IMG/VR virus record: IMGVR_UViG_3300034200_001443
Location: 1 to 64,000 of that record
Source of the DNA: a virus
Direction: 5' to 3' (one strand)
DNA length: 64,000 nt
The notes under the pieces are model-generated. The model ran no database searches. It saw only the letters and a list, made by a program, of their open reading frames with translations, and was not told the origin of the DNA. How positions within the stretch are numbered: the stretch's first letter is position 1; each line of letters begins with the position of its first letter. Shown in pieces: positions 63,601 to 64,000 of the stretch. The position numbers and the translations under genes were made by a program.

Positions 63601-64000
63601 GCTCATCTTTAAGAGCTTTTTTCTGAGCTGGAGTTGTTTCTTCGGAAAGATCTGCTCTATCAATCTTTCTTTGTATTTTGCGACGTCTGTCAACAAGTGC
63701 TTTAAGAACTTCTTTATCTTTAACGGAAAGAGGAGTTGGTTTTTCTTCAGCTACTTTTGGAGTCTCTTCTTCGGTTGAAGTTTCTTCAGGCTTATCTTCA
63801 GATTCTTCGAGAAGTTTGTCTTCACGCTCTTTACGTTTTCTAGCACGAGCATCAGCCAGCTTGCGACTTCTTTCTTTTCGCTCGTTTTGATCAGCAATAA
63901 TGGCATCCATCTCGTCATAATAAAGATTTAACATATCAATCATGTCTTGATCAGAAAGATTTTCTAGTTTTTTCTTATAATCTTTCATAGAAGAGCGAAT
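57686..64000 (-). CDS. Giant polyvalent protein (>2100 aa, 5' end probably outside the window): small barrel repeats, DEDDh exonuclease, UvrD-like SF1 helicase, ArdC ssDNA-binding and MPTase domains
   Basis: Frame is open to the window edge. Exonuclease: FDFET/AHNAEFD/HNAVTD. Helicase: ALAGTGKT/DEAQD/VGD..QAIY.FRGA/T.HKSKGL.W/YVALTRA. ArdC/MPTase: PWQKPW...Y.G.N...GEKG...VFNVEQ and HELAH...EELIAE. Confidence 0.9.
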   Translation of the reverse strand: MRSSMKDYKKKLENLSDQDMIDMLNLYYDEMDAIIADQNERKERSRKLADARARKRKEREDKLLEESEDKPEETSTEEETPKVAEEKPTPLSVKDKEVLKALVDRRRKIQRKIDRADLSEETTPAQKKALKDELDEVTRIIDEIVLGERPAESVEVPTEETSTTEEVTPEASKPIKTSVRGADLQPGDVTVNDFFTITNVEGGYKKTVKGVEVPASIVSGYYPGSVEQSSKLWADDTLFDVYRGATPPEKGDLPELRQPKREDFRGDSPGYNEARAKYDEELDRRKSTWTPPTDVESVSTAQAPRASIVSVKARDLKPGDITFSVNEKTKELERFFVVTEVLEETREYVRPDNGEVEIKAIVRGYYPGHTIQENDWNEGAIISAIRGESEANMPKSGDKPEIERIPNGTLKGKEYFEKRAEIEEARREAGKDYKPSVSPALSKPDRPNRPAFFGSAEKLTKLKDGAAIWEALKDERVVYFDFETVGTGRFDYDDPDAPIQLAASLYEKGKKVGEIDLFMNPGQPLDDYYYTKERYVGKTRIVEPYLDENGNRALNPEKVIDNKGVKVDDEWLSTQPSIEDQLRKFAEFIGKDAILVAHNAEFDTNTFEKWAKKFGIEYSFGGVIDTIEIDAANKGVARGSSLVTVAKKAGVDAKDKQWHNAVTDSEVLPIVLEDLLKKMKPENREFEPELRKAEYESKLEQYEKDLADFKAQGDQPEAVSPSTFGSDGPTDKVTDYAHVSIFGDIINEAWALDDENTYAVNGGGSVVVDELQIGDILEGTSGLVEVVDIQIDPENSDKLIIYRKRLRDGKPFSERVEPSSTPGVGWARGKVLRGVVRRRSSIGKIKPEDIKDILPKPIPSDPTPKISEKQKPVKGQEVTDPQAASVVADAIETITSGAKSGKKVKEAIKDLNIDETIKDQVIAREGSSKFHIDANNVAIKAGDRVRNVKNGRTGTVSVFWEEYGKNKYKNYLKVRYDDTKRRENVSASSLEVFNLDDGDNILSSGVEDMGMGMSIPEGPTTRGLVSSIVDAKDLKPGDKLDPSGKTTIHKMMIRDDKVYTGKKTRGSRGGGGDVYLLTDKVKVWRKPEDTPETPMGMALPDMGAEVYDMAPLSEEGSAVPNALPEDNYEYAGEKFPPTAEQRNVVTAIMTGDNVVVRALAGTGKTSTLTLAARRLLEEQPKKKIVYIAFNKTVQMEAEGKMPKNVESRTGDSIAFQGVSNDIRQKFLNQKGKTANMKLRAEDIADELGIKPTGVKLKGVEVSLSSREIPAIIKQAVNNFSISADDELGAKHFTEELDEVPRSFVEYANAYWDDLNSPAGVFGINNAHITKIWALSNPDLGSIGSGMKTPADVIFFDEAQDINPVIAKVIADQTIQKVYVGDGNQAIYAFRGAEDQLDRTTAKWDLPLTQSFRFGPEIAGMANRFLTQLDSKYRVEGSGSKGEVVDGMEDPDVVITRTNSGGFRAMIELLDAGKVVGITKGTKDELESLVLSASWLIGDQTKFKKPTMHPDLAEFKNWSEVKEAVEKGEGRKVKALYDLVVQNGIGSIKDILSRVKVATPESEKKDLKPSSDFKKITLDQAEDGAKGSIGEGINYEVKDKAIRLSGNGTFKGKDKIKDQNFRWDATGKQWFKEVEDDLDRQKAINDLRRGVGGFAPDAGEEEDEIDVIVTTAHKSKGLQWNNVRIFDDFWGPRTNKKTGELEMPVDEELRLAYVALTRAQKKLDPGPLNWIKEYTEDEDESPKKPTAVETAMGMALPTEKVTEDEFNESTVKTAEKIDPAVEKVANAIIEAIERGTVPWQKPWTGGGFLPTSVATGKTYEGSNILVLWAAMEKNGWTDNRFLTYNKAEKLGGNIRRGEKGTQVIHWPQIFKEVEKPDGTKEKVRVYRPPTIRTVFNVEQAENIDLPAIVKGEPIPVTEGETAILEAYKDKPEILFVAQDQAFYSPIDDIIKLPQREQFKSEQSFFETLVHELAHSTGHRSRLDRTELLDNYGKHLESRGEEELIAEITVALVAGRLGVKIDFENVAAYAKSWLPAVKNNPQMIVKAAKQAQRAVDHMLGKQEEPEGPVDEDGNPIGSGVGSEGKTGEEIAAEKKAEPENKDERTV

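Overview
A 64-kb section of a large, AT-rich dsDNA tailed phage genome (siphovirus-type tail). Two whiB genes and a cluster-B-like head/tail gene set point to an actinobacterial host; given the low GC this may be a freshwater low-GC actinobacterium (inference). Two arms converge at about 22.93 kb. The + arm (1-22.9 kb) is an accessory surface module: five Gly-X-Thr collagen-like fibre genes, a beta-propeller, an 824-aa plus 2896-aa pair of repeat-rich virion proteins, a CBM-like protein, a SAM methyltransferase and a GT2-TPR glycosyltransferase. The - arm reads from a 5'-truncated giant polyvalent protein (DEDDh exonuclease, UvrD-like helicase, ArdC/MPTase) through a multidomain prohead protease, capsid hexamer and pentamer proteins, major tail, connectors, frameshifted tail chaperones, tape measure, Dit/Tal and two tandem-duplicated chaperoned tail fibres. 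It then continues into PolA, a RuvC-like resolvase, SNF2 helicase, Cas4-like nuclease, Sak4-like ATPase, SSB, a GT-B protein and two WhiB regulators. Strongest leads: a polyvalent protein whose domains are delimited by a repeated MGM[AS][LI]P motif; a BclA-like collagen plus glycosylation locus; nested domain insertions in the giant virion protein; a hydrophobic-[TV]-A-[AGS] motif recurring at linkers across the head proteins; and a structured leader upstream of the capsid gene. No tRNA, rRNA, CRISPR array, terminase, portal, lysin or integrase was recognised. All family calls are by motif recognition, without database searches.
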